A stretch of DNA of 62,357 bases, filler included. It is 5 parts of 5 records of this genome, joined end to end, with 100 filler letters (N's around TTAATTAATTAA, not from the genome) between each part and the next. Parts side by side here need not be neighbours in the genome. Positions count along the whole stretch, not along the records: positions 25,521 to 48,251 come from DRR723986_25629; 4 more parts are not named here. The stretch is one strand, 5' to 3'. Below the pieces are notes generated by a model that was not told the origin of the DNA, made no database searches, and saw nothing but the letters and a program-made list of their open reading frames with translations. Numbering within the stretch: the first letter of the stretch is position 1; each line of letters opens with the position of its first letter. The position numbers were made by a program, and so were the translations under genes. Of this stretch, positions 29,572-41,300 are shown piece after piece.

Positions 29572-31830
29572 CTAAGAGTTCAGTTCATTGACAATGAGAA
29601 GGGCGTCAAGCGCGGTGACAAAACTGTCGCCACTGACGTCAATATAAGGTGGTGTTGATACAAGCGTGCCTCGCAGATCCCGTGCACCATTCGCATTGAT
29701 TTCGTTGACGATCTGGAGTACGTCGATGGGTGCAATGAAGCCGTCGTCGTTCACATCGAGCGGATCAACAGGATTCTGCCACTGACTAGTTGATGTCTCA
29801 AAGCCAAAATCAACATCTGCTGTTAGCAAGCCGGCCGTCACACTAACGGTCTGGAATGATGAACTATCGAGATTACGGTAGCCACCCAATGGCGTGACGC
29901 GCACGTTGTACTGGCCAGTTGGCAAATTCTCCAACGCGTAGCCGCCAAGTGCGTCGGTCGTTGTTACGGCGCTTGCACCATAACGCAGATCATCGAGTTT
30001 GACGCTTGAGAATGCGTGTCCACCAATATTGACATAAGCAATGTCAACATCGGGGCTTGAGACTTCTAGTCGCGCAACTTCGCCGAGCGAAAGTTCTTCC
30101 GACGTTTGACGCGACACGAGATTGCCAGCCGAATCAAAGGCATCGATTCTTCCATACGAACGCGAGCTGGCCCCAATTACGTCAATGCTGACAACACTTG
30201 TCGGGGAACTGAAGTTGACTTGCAGTTGCCTGGAAGCGTCCGTCCACGTTGACATATACGTGGCCGCGCCCCGAGAGAAACCACGGAAAGTCTTGCTGCC
30301 GGTGCTTGCACTGGAATCGGCAAACACGGCAACACGACCATCAGCGTCAGTTCCGGTTGAAGTTAGTGTTAGTCCTGGGCGGAAACCGCTGGCGATTTGG
30401 CCGTCTGGCAGATCGTCCGGCTCGATGCGTTGCTCAGTCTGCAGTCTGCTGCCAGATGCATCGACTAGCTCGACAGTCCAGCCACCTGCTCCGAGTTCAT
30501 TGAAGTCGCGAAGCGTATTCTTGTTGGTGTCGATCCAAACATGGCCCGTTACACCTTGTTGAGCTGTTCGTGCAGCTTCACCAATGACGCCTCGAAACAC
30601 GTTGCTGACGACTGTCGAGCCGGAGTCCCGCGCTCGTATTTCAATCTGATTCGCATTGGCAGGAATATTGATTGCTAGATCTAGGTCAACTTCGTATTCG
30701 TCAGGCATAGTGGCTGTTAGCCACTCGCCGCCGTCAACTCGATATTCGATGTGAGTGATGCGATTGATCGTGATATCATTGCCCAAGCCAGAGCTGTTGA
30801 GATTTGGTAACGTCTGGACAACAGCGCTGCCGTTGAACTTATATTCACCTGTGGCTTCGTCGAAGTAACCAGAGCCAGTCAAGCGGTGAGGAACATCAAG
30901 AACATCGAAAATGCCATTGGAATCGCTATCCTGCCAGCCGAGCATGGCGAGCGTGCTGGCTGGGGATGTGTAGTTCGCGTAGGCGGTTTCCAGTAGCGTG
31001 CCGGCGGCCATGATGCTTGGCTGTTGAACAAATCCTGGGTTCGGATTGTTGGATGCATTTTCGTTTTGCGTGTTGTAATATCCTCTGCGCGCAAAGTAGC
31101 TGCCGCCGCCAGGATACTCATCTCGAGCCCAGAACATGTGGCCTGTCTCGTGAGTAAATGTGCTCGCGGGCCGGGTCGAAGGAACGATCATGAACAGTCC
31201 ACCGGCGAAGGCAAACGCTCGGGAAAATGAGCCGCCGCTCGCGAACTGTCCATCAGGATCATTTTCGGATGGAACGACAAACATCGTAAATGACCAATCC
31301 GTGTCATGCTTGACGCGTTGGGCGTGATTGAATTCACGAATGTTGGTCTCAAGTGTCCCGGTCGTATATCCTTGGCCTGTCAAGAATTCGCTAACGTACA
31401 GCGAAAAATCGTTGCTTCGACGCGATATGCCTTCGTAACTTGATGATGCAGGTGTTTGAGCAAACGTTGTATCAACAGTGAATGACAGTTCGTGGACCGT
31501 GTTTTGTCGGGCAAGCGTTTCGACCCACCAATCAAGGCCTTCATCGATGTTCGCGAGCACTTCGTCGATGTGTGTTTGCGACCAGTCTTCAGTACTTTGG
31601 TCGATCGAGCCGTCACTTTCCAAGAAGACCGGCGTTACTGCGACGGTACCCAGCAAGAACTCTCCAAGGTCGTTGGCCGATGCGCCATAGGGCGTGGCCG
31701 AAAGAAGTCGCCGCTCTTCAAGTGATTCCACACGAAGAGCCTTGCGGTTTCTGCGTTTCCGCTCAGCCTGGGCAGACGCGTTTGAAGAACTCTTCTTCGA
31801 GTCGCCAAAGATATTCAGGCGAAAGCCCAT
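29572..31830 (-). CDS. Planctomycete extracellular zinc metalloprotease with SdrD B-like domain and C-terminal dockerin
   Basis: VESLEERRLLS; HETGHMFWARDEY zinc motif with downstream SIM (Met-turn-like); GVTGHVWIDTNKN...TTDALGGYALENLPTGQY; DVNDDGFIAPIDVLQIVN and DVSGDSFVTALDALLIVN. Confidence 0.82.
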   Translation of the reverse strand: MGFRLNIFGDSKKSSSNASAQAERKRRNRKALRVESLEERRLLSATPYGASANDLGEFLLGTVAVTPVFLESDGSIDQSTEDWSQTHIDEVLANIDEGLDWWVETLARQNTVHELSFTVDTTFAQTPASSSYEGISRRSNDFSLYVSEFLTGQGYTTGTLETNIREFNHAQRVKHDTDWSFTMFVVPSENDPDGQFASGGSFSRAFAFAGGLFMIVPSTRPASTFTHETGHMFWARDEYPGGGSYFARRGYYNTQNENASNNPNPGFVQQPSIMAAGTLLETAYANYTSPASTLAMLGWQDSDSNGIFDVLDVPHRLTGSGYFDEATGEYKFNGSAVVQTLPNLNSSGLGNDITINRITHIEYRVDGGEWLTATMPDEYEVDLDLAINIPANANQIEIRARDSGSTVVSNVFRGVIGEAARTAQQGVTGHVWIDTNKNTLRDFNELGAGGWTVELVDASGSRLQTEQRIEPDDLPDGQIASGFRPGLTLTSTGTDADGRVAVFADSSASTGSKTFRGFSRGAATYMSTWTDASRQLQVNFSSPTSVVSIDVIGASSRSYGRIDAFDSAGNLVSRQTSEELSLGEVARLEVSSPDVDIAYVNIGGHAFSSVKLDDLRYGASAVTTTDALGGYALENLPTGQYNVRVTPLGGYRNLDSSSFQTVSVTAGLLTADVDFGFETSTSQWQNPVDPLDVNDDGFIAPIDVLQIVNEINANGARDLRGTLVSTPPYIDVSGDSFVTALDALLIVNELNS

Positions 31831-32271
31831 ACGAATTACTCCACACTCTTTGTCTGCTGACGCACAGTTCTTTGCTGAAAGCCGCTCTTCTCAGGTCCGC
31901 ACTTCTTTACCAGCATCAATTCGACGCGGGCCTAGCACTTCGAGACTTTCCAGGTGAAACGTCCTTACAACGCTGGAGCCCACCCAGAGTGAACACGCTA
32001 GTCAGGAGGTCCGCGCACTATCTCTTGGACTCTAAACACCCGGGCATGTTCCCTCAATGCGGCTCTATTTAATTATTGCCGTGAAGTCCATCCCAGGCCC
32101 CTATAGCTTCCCTAATTGTTGCAGGTTGCAGCAAGGAGCCGTGATTGAGGTGGACCAATCCACTCAATCAGAGTCCTCCGCCCAATCGGACTAACCGCTA
32201 TCTAGGCCGCCTCGGGATAAGGGGCGATTTTCATGCCGAATGTCACGAAGAAATAGCCCTTTCATTGGTGC

Positions 32272-32306
32272 AAACGAAAACAGGCCAGCCTCAAAGAAGG
32301 CTGGCC
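32272..32306 (-). terminator. Rho-independent terminator of the giant gene
   Basis: GGCCAGCCT/AGGCTGGCC 9-bp stem followed on the minus strand by TGTTTTCGTTT. Confidence 0.75.
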
Positions 32307-32335
32307 CGTTGGTAACAACTATTCAAATGCTTGAC

Positions 32336-35300
32336 TTAGCCAAGAAGGCCGTCAAACAGGTCAGATCCATCGGATCCATCCTCGGATTCGTCATCCACAA
32401 GACCATCGAACACGCTATCGAAGCTGGAAGACTCAATCGATTGGACAGGGCCGTAAACCAATGGGACCTCATCAGCAGTCTCAATAAGTACGCTGTCGTA
32501 CGTGACTGGTGCTTCGGCTTCAGCTCGACTTGCGCCAATCAAGTTTTCTAGCCCGCCAGCCCAGTCGCTGCCCAGAACGTCCGTAGTGCCAACTCCTTCG
32601 CCCTCGCCAGATCCCTCGTTGTTGAGGTAGTTGACGATTGCAAGTACGTCACCCGGAGTCACAAAGCCGTCGCCATTGACATCAACAAACGGAGGAGCGT
32701 TTGGTGCAGGTAGCGTCAGTACGTCCGGTTGCCCTGAGTTGATATAGTTGATGACTTGCAGTGCATCGATTGGCGAGATGAACCCATCCGCATTGACGTC
32801 CAGATTGTTGGACTGATTCTGGAATGGGTTGCTTTGCAGGTTCAGAGCGAAATCCTCAACTTCACCATCTGGTGCAGCACCAACAGGTGAAGCGACCGAT
32901 GCCGCATCTGTGCTCAAGCGTGCTCTGGCGTAGATTTCGCCAACATTCGCATTGCTTGGGACCAGGAACGAAACCGTTGTCTGGCCAGGATTAATTGCTC
33001 CCGATCGAACCAACTCTCCGTCGGTCTGTGAGAAGCTGCCGTCGCCATTGAAGTCGACCCAAACTGACAAGTATGCTTCTTCGCCAGTTGTGTTTGTGAC
33101 ATCGATTTCGACATCTGCCTGGAACGCAGCGATCAAGTTGGTGAACGTGAGTCCATCGTCGTTGTCCGCGTTGTCCAGTCGAGCGTCGGCATCGGCACTG
33201 ACAGTTGCACCCAAGCTCAGGCCGCTCACAACCGAGTGACGCGGACCGCCATCCTGATTCGTTGAGATGTAAGGGCTTGGTGCATCGCCGTAATCAAGAC
33301 CTTCACCCAGGAAGATGGTCAAGGTCGTTGAGCCATCCTCTTGGTTTGCCTTCAATGGGTTTCCGGCTTCGTCGGTGATCGCTCGGATGTTTCCGGCACC
33401 AACTCCAGCAACTCCCAGAGCACCCTCGACGACAACCCTACTGCCAAACTGACTGGTGGTCACGCCAGGCAAGCCTTGAGCTTCAATCACGGAAGCGATA
33501 ATTCCAGCGACTTCCGTGGCCGAAACATTTGTTCCAGCCGGCAGGGCAATTCGGACTGCCGACGGCTGAGCGGCTTCACCAGACTGCTGCAGACCAGTGC
33601 TGCTGAGATCAAGTTGAGTGTTCGCGTCTCCAGCGAGTGTCACAAGACCACCGCCAACAGACTGCGGGTTCAATCCTAAGTTTGCTGCATTGATGGCCGT
33701 GACAAGAGCGTCTGCAATGACAGTCGCACTGGAGCCAGCAATGTATCGAACAGGGATTGTGTTCGGTGTTGTGATTCCGTTCGTGTCCAGCTCGAACGTT
33801 ACAGGTGCACCGCTTCGATCGATGGTGAACGTCTGGCCATCGGCCAAACCGCTAGGTTCGCCACCGGACAGTGGGATTTGAAGCCCAAAGGCTGCTCGTA
33901 CACCCGGCGTTCCACTAACAACCAGCCCGCTATCAAGGGCGGCGATCGCAGACAGGCGTCCACCCTGAATCTGAAGTCGGCCAGCTCCGAGTTCTGCAAC
34001 ATCTACGTTGAGTCCGGAGTTGTTGATCGCGTTCGCGATTGCCCGGCCAACACTTGATGGTGACGACCCGACGCCGATCGAAACGAGATTGTTCGTTGGG
34101 TTCGCAACACCGTTGCTGTCGAACTCGAACGTCAGTTGGTTGATTCCATCGTCGACTGAGAACGTCGTCCCGTCTGTGATGTCAGCAACAACTCCGTCCG
34201 CAGTTGGGACAGACAACTGGAAGCCAAGGTCGAATTCAAACGTTGTTCTACTGCCTGAGCTATCGATGATGTCAAACGAATCACCATCTTGATAACCAGC
34301 CGCGGCGCGGGCAACGATTGAGGTCTCGTTAGCATTGATGAACCTGATCGTGTAGACGCTTTCCGAAGGCCAGACTCCAGTAAGTGGAGTGAGCCTGATG
34401 ACTCCGTTGGTTGAATCGTAGCCGAAGCGGTAATCCACTCCCTCGACCAATGGTTCGTTATTGCGGAACAGCAAAACGCTAGCCGAGGTGACCGTGCTGT
34501 GGTCAATCCCAGCACCCTGGCTTGGGTTGGTTGGCTCCAAACCATCAAACAGTTGGATATCAAAATGCTGCAAGCTGACGTTGGTCAACTCAACGATCGA
34601 TTCGGCTGGGTTCGCATCCCGTCCTGCCAAATCATTGTCGGCAGGATTGACGACGAACACGCTTGGGCCAACGAAGTCTGCACGATCTTGCGCACCACGA
34701 TCCTTGAAGACGTTTTCACCCAAACCGCTCGGTGTCTCGACTGCAGGGTCGTCAATTCTTAGCAAGCCGTTGATGTCGGTTTGCGGAGCGAGAATTGGCG
34801 AAGGAGGCAGACCGAGAGGTCCCTTAACGGCGACAAGGCCCGGACGATCTTCCAATGAGTCAATCGAGCTATCGATTTGCGGTGCAGAAACAGCCGGATA
34901 CAAGTTGCCTCGGCCTGCACTCACGAATAGAGGCGTGCTGTCTGGAACGACAACAGGGAACTGCCCCAGAGTTGCCGCACCAGCTACATCGGCTCCGTTG
35001 CGTTGGAAGACCGTACCGCCGATCACAGTCGATGAACTGCTAGTGTCGACGTTGATTCCGGTCGTTGCATTAACAATCACGTTGTTAAGCAACGTCGCAG
35101 TAGCATTCTGCGCGATCGAAATGCCGGTTCCGCCTTGTGTGTAGAAGTCTGCGGCAACGCTTGAGATTGCCCCGACAGCATCGATGTCAGCTCCGACGCT
35201 ATCACCTGTTTGCGAACCTTGTACGCCAATGTCCGTAAGTCGCACAAACGACAGTCGGCTGTTGATGTTGAATCCAGCGGCATCGATGTCCAGTAGCGGG

Positions 35301-38300
35301 TTCGCCGCTGATGCGATACCGATCGTGGTGTAGCGATTCCCATCAGCACTGACCTCGACCAAGACTTCTTCAGAGTCTCCGACTTCGAAGACTGCCAAGT
35401 CAGGGTTGGCGTCACCAGAACCAGTGAGCAAGTTATTGGTGAACTCTAGAACCAAGCGACCACCGCGTCCAAGGCTCACGGCTCCCTCGCCAGCATTCGG
35501 CTCGCCGACACCGCTGAAGTTTGGAATACCAAGTGCATCACCTGGAACGTTCAACCCAGCCGCAGGCACGGGGCCACCGGTTGCGTTCGGTGTGTACTCA
35601 GAAACGTTGTCAGCAAACGCAAGCGAACCAATGTCGAATGCGGTGTTGCCAAAGATTAGTGGTGAGAACGAAGTAATGGTCGTGACTTCACCGCTAAGGA
35701 TTGTGTTGTTCACCAGGCGAACGAATGGTACCGCCGCGTCTGGCAAACCAAGCCCACCAGCATCACCGGTGACGTCAATTCCACCGGATGCGTTTCCGAT
35801 GAACTCGCTGTTCATGATTACGGCACCTGGAGCAAGACGCTCGTTGTTGAGGGTGACCGTATTGCGTGGGGTGCCTGGAACGGGAGCGTTGGTCGTAGCA
35901 TCACGTGGAGCGGCGGCAATTGTTGCACCGAATCCAGCCGAATTGCTGATCTTCGAATTGGCAACAACAACCTGGCCCTGTGGACGCTCGCGATTCCTTG
36001 CACCCTCGCCACTGCTAACGATCTCAGTTCCGATCGTTGCCGGAATCTCAACAGAAGCGTTTCCGATCAGCACAACTGTGTCGCTCGTTGCACCGATGCG
36101 ATCGTTGTTCAGCAGGTTGCCTGAGATATCAAGCAATTGTTGAAGGGCTGGTGAGTTCAGAATATCGCGGAACCTCGCTGCAATCGTTTGTCCTCTTTCT
36201 GCCGAGCTACCACCTGTCAGTGGGTCAATGACAGCAGAGTTGAATGGCAGGGCAATGTTGCCAGGGGCAACAGCAACACCGTCGTTAACGTCGTCCATCT
36301 CAAACGTCACAACTCGTGGGCCATCACTGACTGTGAAGGTTGCTCCAGCAGAAATCCGCGACGCGTCGTTGAACTGGATAGCAAGTCCTGGAGCCATCCG
36401 CGAGTTCGGTGAGAACGTGTCGGTAATCGTGATTCCGGAAAGGTTTGGAACACCATATTCTTCGCCACCTCGAATCTCAAGCTGGTAAGGACCAGTCAGG
36501 ATCTGATTGGTTGCTTCGGGGTTCGGTACGAAGTTGGTGTTTCCACCCGTTGGTCCCAGTGCCATTTCACCTCGACCAGCGACCCCGATGACAATGTCAT
36601 CGATATACGCACCTTCAAAGTCGTTTTCTTGTGCACGGAGTGGGCTATTGAATGAACCTGTGGCGTCACCGACAAATGTCGTTGTAAGGCCAAACGGACC
36701 TGCATTCTGAACATTCAGACCAGTCAGGTCGATCGTATCGCCACCCCGAATCTTGTAGCTGTCGATGTCACCATTGGCAAAGTGTTCCGCGACCGCTCGT
36801 TGCAACGCCTCGGCAACCTCTTGCGTTGTCATGGCGGCGTTAACGTTGATCGGGAGTCCATTGCTGCCCGCTTGACCCTGAAGACCAATTGGCGTGCCAG
36901 GAGTGACACGAACAAGCGAAGCTCCGGAGATTTGAAGCCGGTTACCCGCCACAATTGGGTTGATGTCACGGATGACTTCGATGACTAGTTCGTAATCACC
37001 GGTGCTGCCAACGGATGCCGTTCCGGACAGTGCAGGATTGTAGTCCTGGTTGCCTGCACCGGTTACACCGATGTAGTAGATCCCAGTTGTTGGTGCAACG
37101 AATGAGATTTCGCTGTCGGTCGTTCCTGGAGCGTTATCGTTGCTGAACAGTTGCGTGCCGCTTTCATCGAAGACACGCAGGAATGTGTTCAAGCGACTGC
37201 CCACGGTTGAAGCGTTGGCGTTGATAGTCACCTGACTGCCAGCTTCGACGTCGAAGCGGATGATGTCCACATCCTCGGCCGTGTCCGCAAGGTCGACGTT
37301 GTCGCCGATGCTGCCAGTTCCAATAACACGAACCGTTTCACCCCGGACTCCACTTTGCGAAGCCTGTGGGATGATGTCGTTGGCTTCGTCGGCGTAGCCA
37401 ACTCCGCTGATTACCGGTACGTTGACCGTCGCGTTGAGGATGGCGTTGCGCAGGTTGTTGGCAATTGTCTCAGCGTCGTCGGTGCTTTGGAATGGAACCG
37501 GGATGTCAGGAGCAAGAACTGCAGGCCCGGTGCCATCGGTGAAGATGTAGCGGTTGCCTTCAATTACAACGCTGTCACCGCTGGTCAGGCTCGTGCCGGC
37601 AGGGATTGTCAGCGTTGGTCCCATTTCGATTTCAAAACGTTCGCCATTGATGACTAGCGTTTCGCCATCGACTAAGCGTTCTCCAGCTAGCGTTCTGATT
37701 TCTGGGCCTCGACCACCAAAACGACCATAACCGAATCCTGCACCAGTGGAGAACTCGATTCGCAACTTAACGTTGTCCAAGCCTGCGACGCTGTCCAGTG
37801 GTACTCGAGCTTGACGCCACGAGCCGGTGTTGTCGAACAACTCTTGTACTTGACCTGGCGTTCGCCCATTGCCGCTGTCGTTGGTTGCAAGCAATTGCCA
37901 GTTGCCATCTTCGCCGGATGCGTAGACGCGGAGGGCGTCACGCATGCTGCCGCCATTCTGGTCTTCGGTCTCCAGGAAGTAGTTGAAGTAGAGCATCGGA
38001 AGGTCTGCCGCACCGATGCCTTCCAAGCTGAACGGTACGCTCTCAATTGCACCAGCAGCTCCACCGGCGAAGTCGTAATCTACGGACTGAGAGTTGCCGA
38101 AGTAGTAGCTTGCGCCACCATTGCTTGCCCCTCGCGAGCCGTTCGGTGTGGATGGTAGTCCGTGGCCAGCGTCGTTTTCACGGTTGGTGTTGTCACCTGT
38201 GTTGGTGATTCCCCATGGGTTGGAATCATTCGGTGCAAAGGCAAGGCCGTTTGCTCCTGTCAGACCCGTGGAAACCTGCGTCGCTCCATTGGCGAAGACT

Positions 38301-41300
38301 GGCACAGGACGTCCACCGGTGTCAAAAGCGTAGACGACACCATCGCTATCGATTCCCATGAGCACTTGTACACCGCCGGTCAACGACGGATCAGGGCCAG
38401 CTACGAGTCCGGTAAACTCAATGCCTTGAAGAGCATAGGAGGATTGGACGTACGTGTTGGCAGCACGGAAGATGCCTTGGCTCGGTCGCGCTGGGTTGGT
38501 GATACGATAGAGTCCACCTTGGTCAGAGACTGCGTAGAGCACATTGCCGACGGTTGCGATGCCGCGGATCAACCCGCCTGGAGCGACCCCGCCACTGCTA
38601 AGCGGTCCGTCGTTGGCAATCGTTGCACCGAAGAGCTGAACTTCGGCACCATTGGTGGTTGCCGACAAACCAACGATCCCAAGATCATTGATCGCCTGAG
38701 CGATTCGATCAGCGGTGGTAGCGGCGGTGTCAGATGCAAGCGAACGTACTGCAATAAAGCCCGCTCGAACAGCACCGGAGCTACCTTGGTCATTGAAAAT
38801 CCCAGCGGTCTCAAGGTCGCCGAAGTCAGCAGTCGTGGCGCCAGAGAAGTTGATTCTGCCAGACTCATAGCCAACCGTGATGTCATTTGGCATGGCAGCA
38901 GTGATGGCGTCGACGAGTTCACGTTCCGTTGCGGATTCCGTGATAGGAACTCGAACTGCCGCCGGATCGGAAACCCCTAACGAGCCGTCGATTGAAATAC
39001 CACTACCGGTCGCAATCGTTGGCTCGGTATCCGAAACACCTAACAATGAAATTCTGTTGCTACCAGTTGTGAAATCAGCTCGGACACCGAAGTTCGGAGC
39101 AAAATTAATTGCGTCAACTAGCGACTGGACGATTTCCGCCTGACTCGATGTTGCCGAATAAGGCACGCGAATGTTTCCGACACCGACTAGAGAATTGTCG
39201 TTGTCGAATTCAAAGACTATCTCCGTGCCTGCTGCATTTTGAATTCGGACCGTCGAGCTGTCTGTCAAGAAACTGCCGCTTGCCGCTTCAATGACGATAA
39301 CGTTTCCGGTATCAAATTCGTATGTCGTACCATCGATGACGAACTGCATCTCGTCTTGAACGAAACGGCCCGCTAATGGGTCGTAGGTGATCAATGCCTC
39401 TGGACCAAAATCAAACTCGAAGTCCAGATTCAGTGGCAAGCCCGTTGTGCGGTCCACCAAACGGAAGGTCTCACCGTCTTGCAAGTCAAACTGTGGAACG
39501 CCAGCAACCGACGTTGTCGCTTCGCGTGCGATGAGCAAACCAGCCTGAGTTGCCCCGGGCGTGGAGGTTTGGATTGTACCTCGTTCACGCACGGCCGTGC
39601 CCGCTTCGTCTGAGACTGCGATGAGAGTTTTGTCAACCCCTGGCGCACTGATAGCCGTACCGGTGCTCTCATCAAACTCGTACAGAATGTTTGCGAAACT
39701 GTCGACGTTTGGCCGCGCGGTGCCGACAGCTACACGCGTCTGCGTAGCTCCTGGTGGGGTGTTCGCCGAATTTCCGGGAGACGGCCGATTACCGACAAAG
39801 AAACCCCTCTCGGCACCAAAAACGGTGCCAAACGTAATCGCTTCAGGGTGAACACCATCGTCGCTGTTGTTAACTACTGGAGGATTAACGGTTGTATTCA
39901 AGTGCGATGTTTGTAAACCGCTTGTGCCTATCGCGTTGAATGCACCAGTGCCAGTATCAATCTGAACATAACTAATCAGCCCGTCCGGGTCAGCACCAGC
40001 GGTACCACCGATAAACGCTCGCGTATAAGCGTGGAGGTTGCCGTTGTCTCGGAACGCGATGTCTTCAACGTCACCGGCCTGTTGCGAGAAGAATACAGCC
40101 TGTTGCCCCGTGAATGGGTTAACACCGTAGATTCGGGTCGCCGCCGAGTCGAAGCCGCCACGGCCTGCATCACGACTAACGTAGAGGTTCAAATCGCCGA
40201 GACCGTATTCAACGACTGCGTCGTTGGTGAATAGGTCCGGAACAATTGGGCCCAATGCCGTAGATCCACCGTTGAAGCTAACGTGGTCTTCAGCAATCAA
40301 CTGCACACCTTCAATCGGTTGCAGGCGAACAAGTGGAGTTGTATTTCCACTGTCGGTGAACTGAGCGACCACCTCAGGGATTTGGCTGCTGTTGGTGATC
40401 GCAACAAAGTAGGTTCCGGATGGCAATTCGTACGAACCGATGAACGGGTCTAGACTGCCAGCACTACCTCGTGATAGGTCGGAGTTGTCCGACGCGTTCA
40501 GAGGACTCGCTTGGTCATCGACCAGGTTGCTGCCGAGCCCCCCTAGGACCAGGTTGCCCGCTGAATCAAAGACATACATCGAAACGTCAGGACGACCAAT
40601 TCCGTTGGCATAGTCGATGTCCAGAACAGTTGAGAAGTACTCTTGAATGCTTGACGGGCGAATGCGTTCGTAATCAATGTCGAACGAGAACCAGTCAACG
40701 TCTGTTGTAGAATCCAGGTTGCCGGCGACGCTGATCGCTTGACGGTTTGACTGCAGCAAATTGCCAAGAGCTTGTGCATTGGCGAAAGCACTGTTGGATT
40801 CCGTTGCTGGGTCGAGGATGCCATCACCATCGATGTCTCGGACTTCAACCTCGCCGTTCTCGCCGAGCAAGGGCGAATTTGCGGGAACGCCAACAAGTTG
40901 AATGCCGTTCTGAGCAAAACGAATATCGGCGTAATTGATGCTTGAGCCAGGCACCTCGTCGACTTCAGTCAGACGAATTTGCAGTTGGTAATTGCCTTGC
41001 GTCAGCCCGCTGGTGACTTCCGCTGGATCTGCCAACTTGCTTGCTGGATCACCCTCGCCAAGGCTGCTACTTCGCACACGTACGTGATACAGGTTGCTTG
41101 TACCGGGTTGTCCTGGCAAGCTTACCCGCATGCCAGCATCCTTCGGGTTCGTGCTGAAGAGATCCTTCGGCGCACCGGTGGCGCTGGTGTAGTAAAGTTC
41201 GGCGGGACTAGAGCGGAGGGGGTTAACGGATTCCAGGGGCAGTCCGTTGACTTGTAGTAAGCTCGGATTGCCTTCTTCGTCTAGAGAATTGTCGCTTAGT

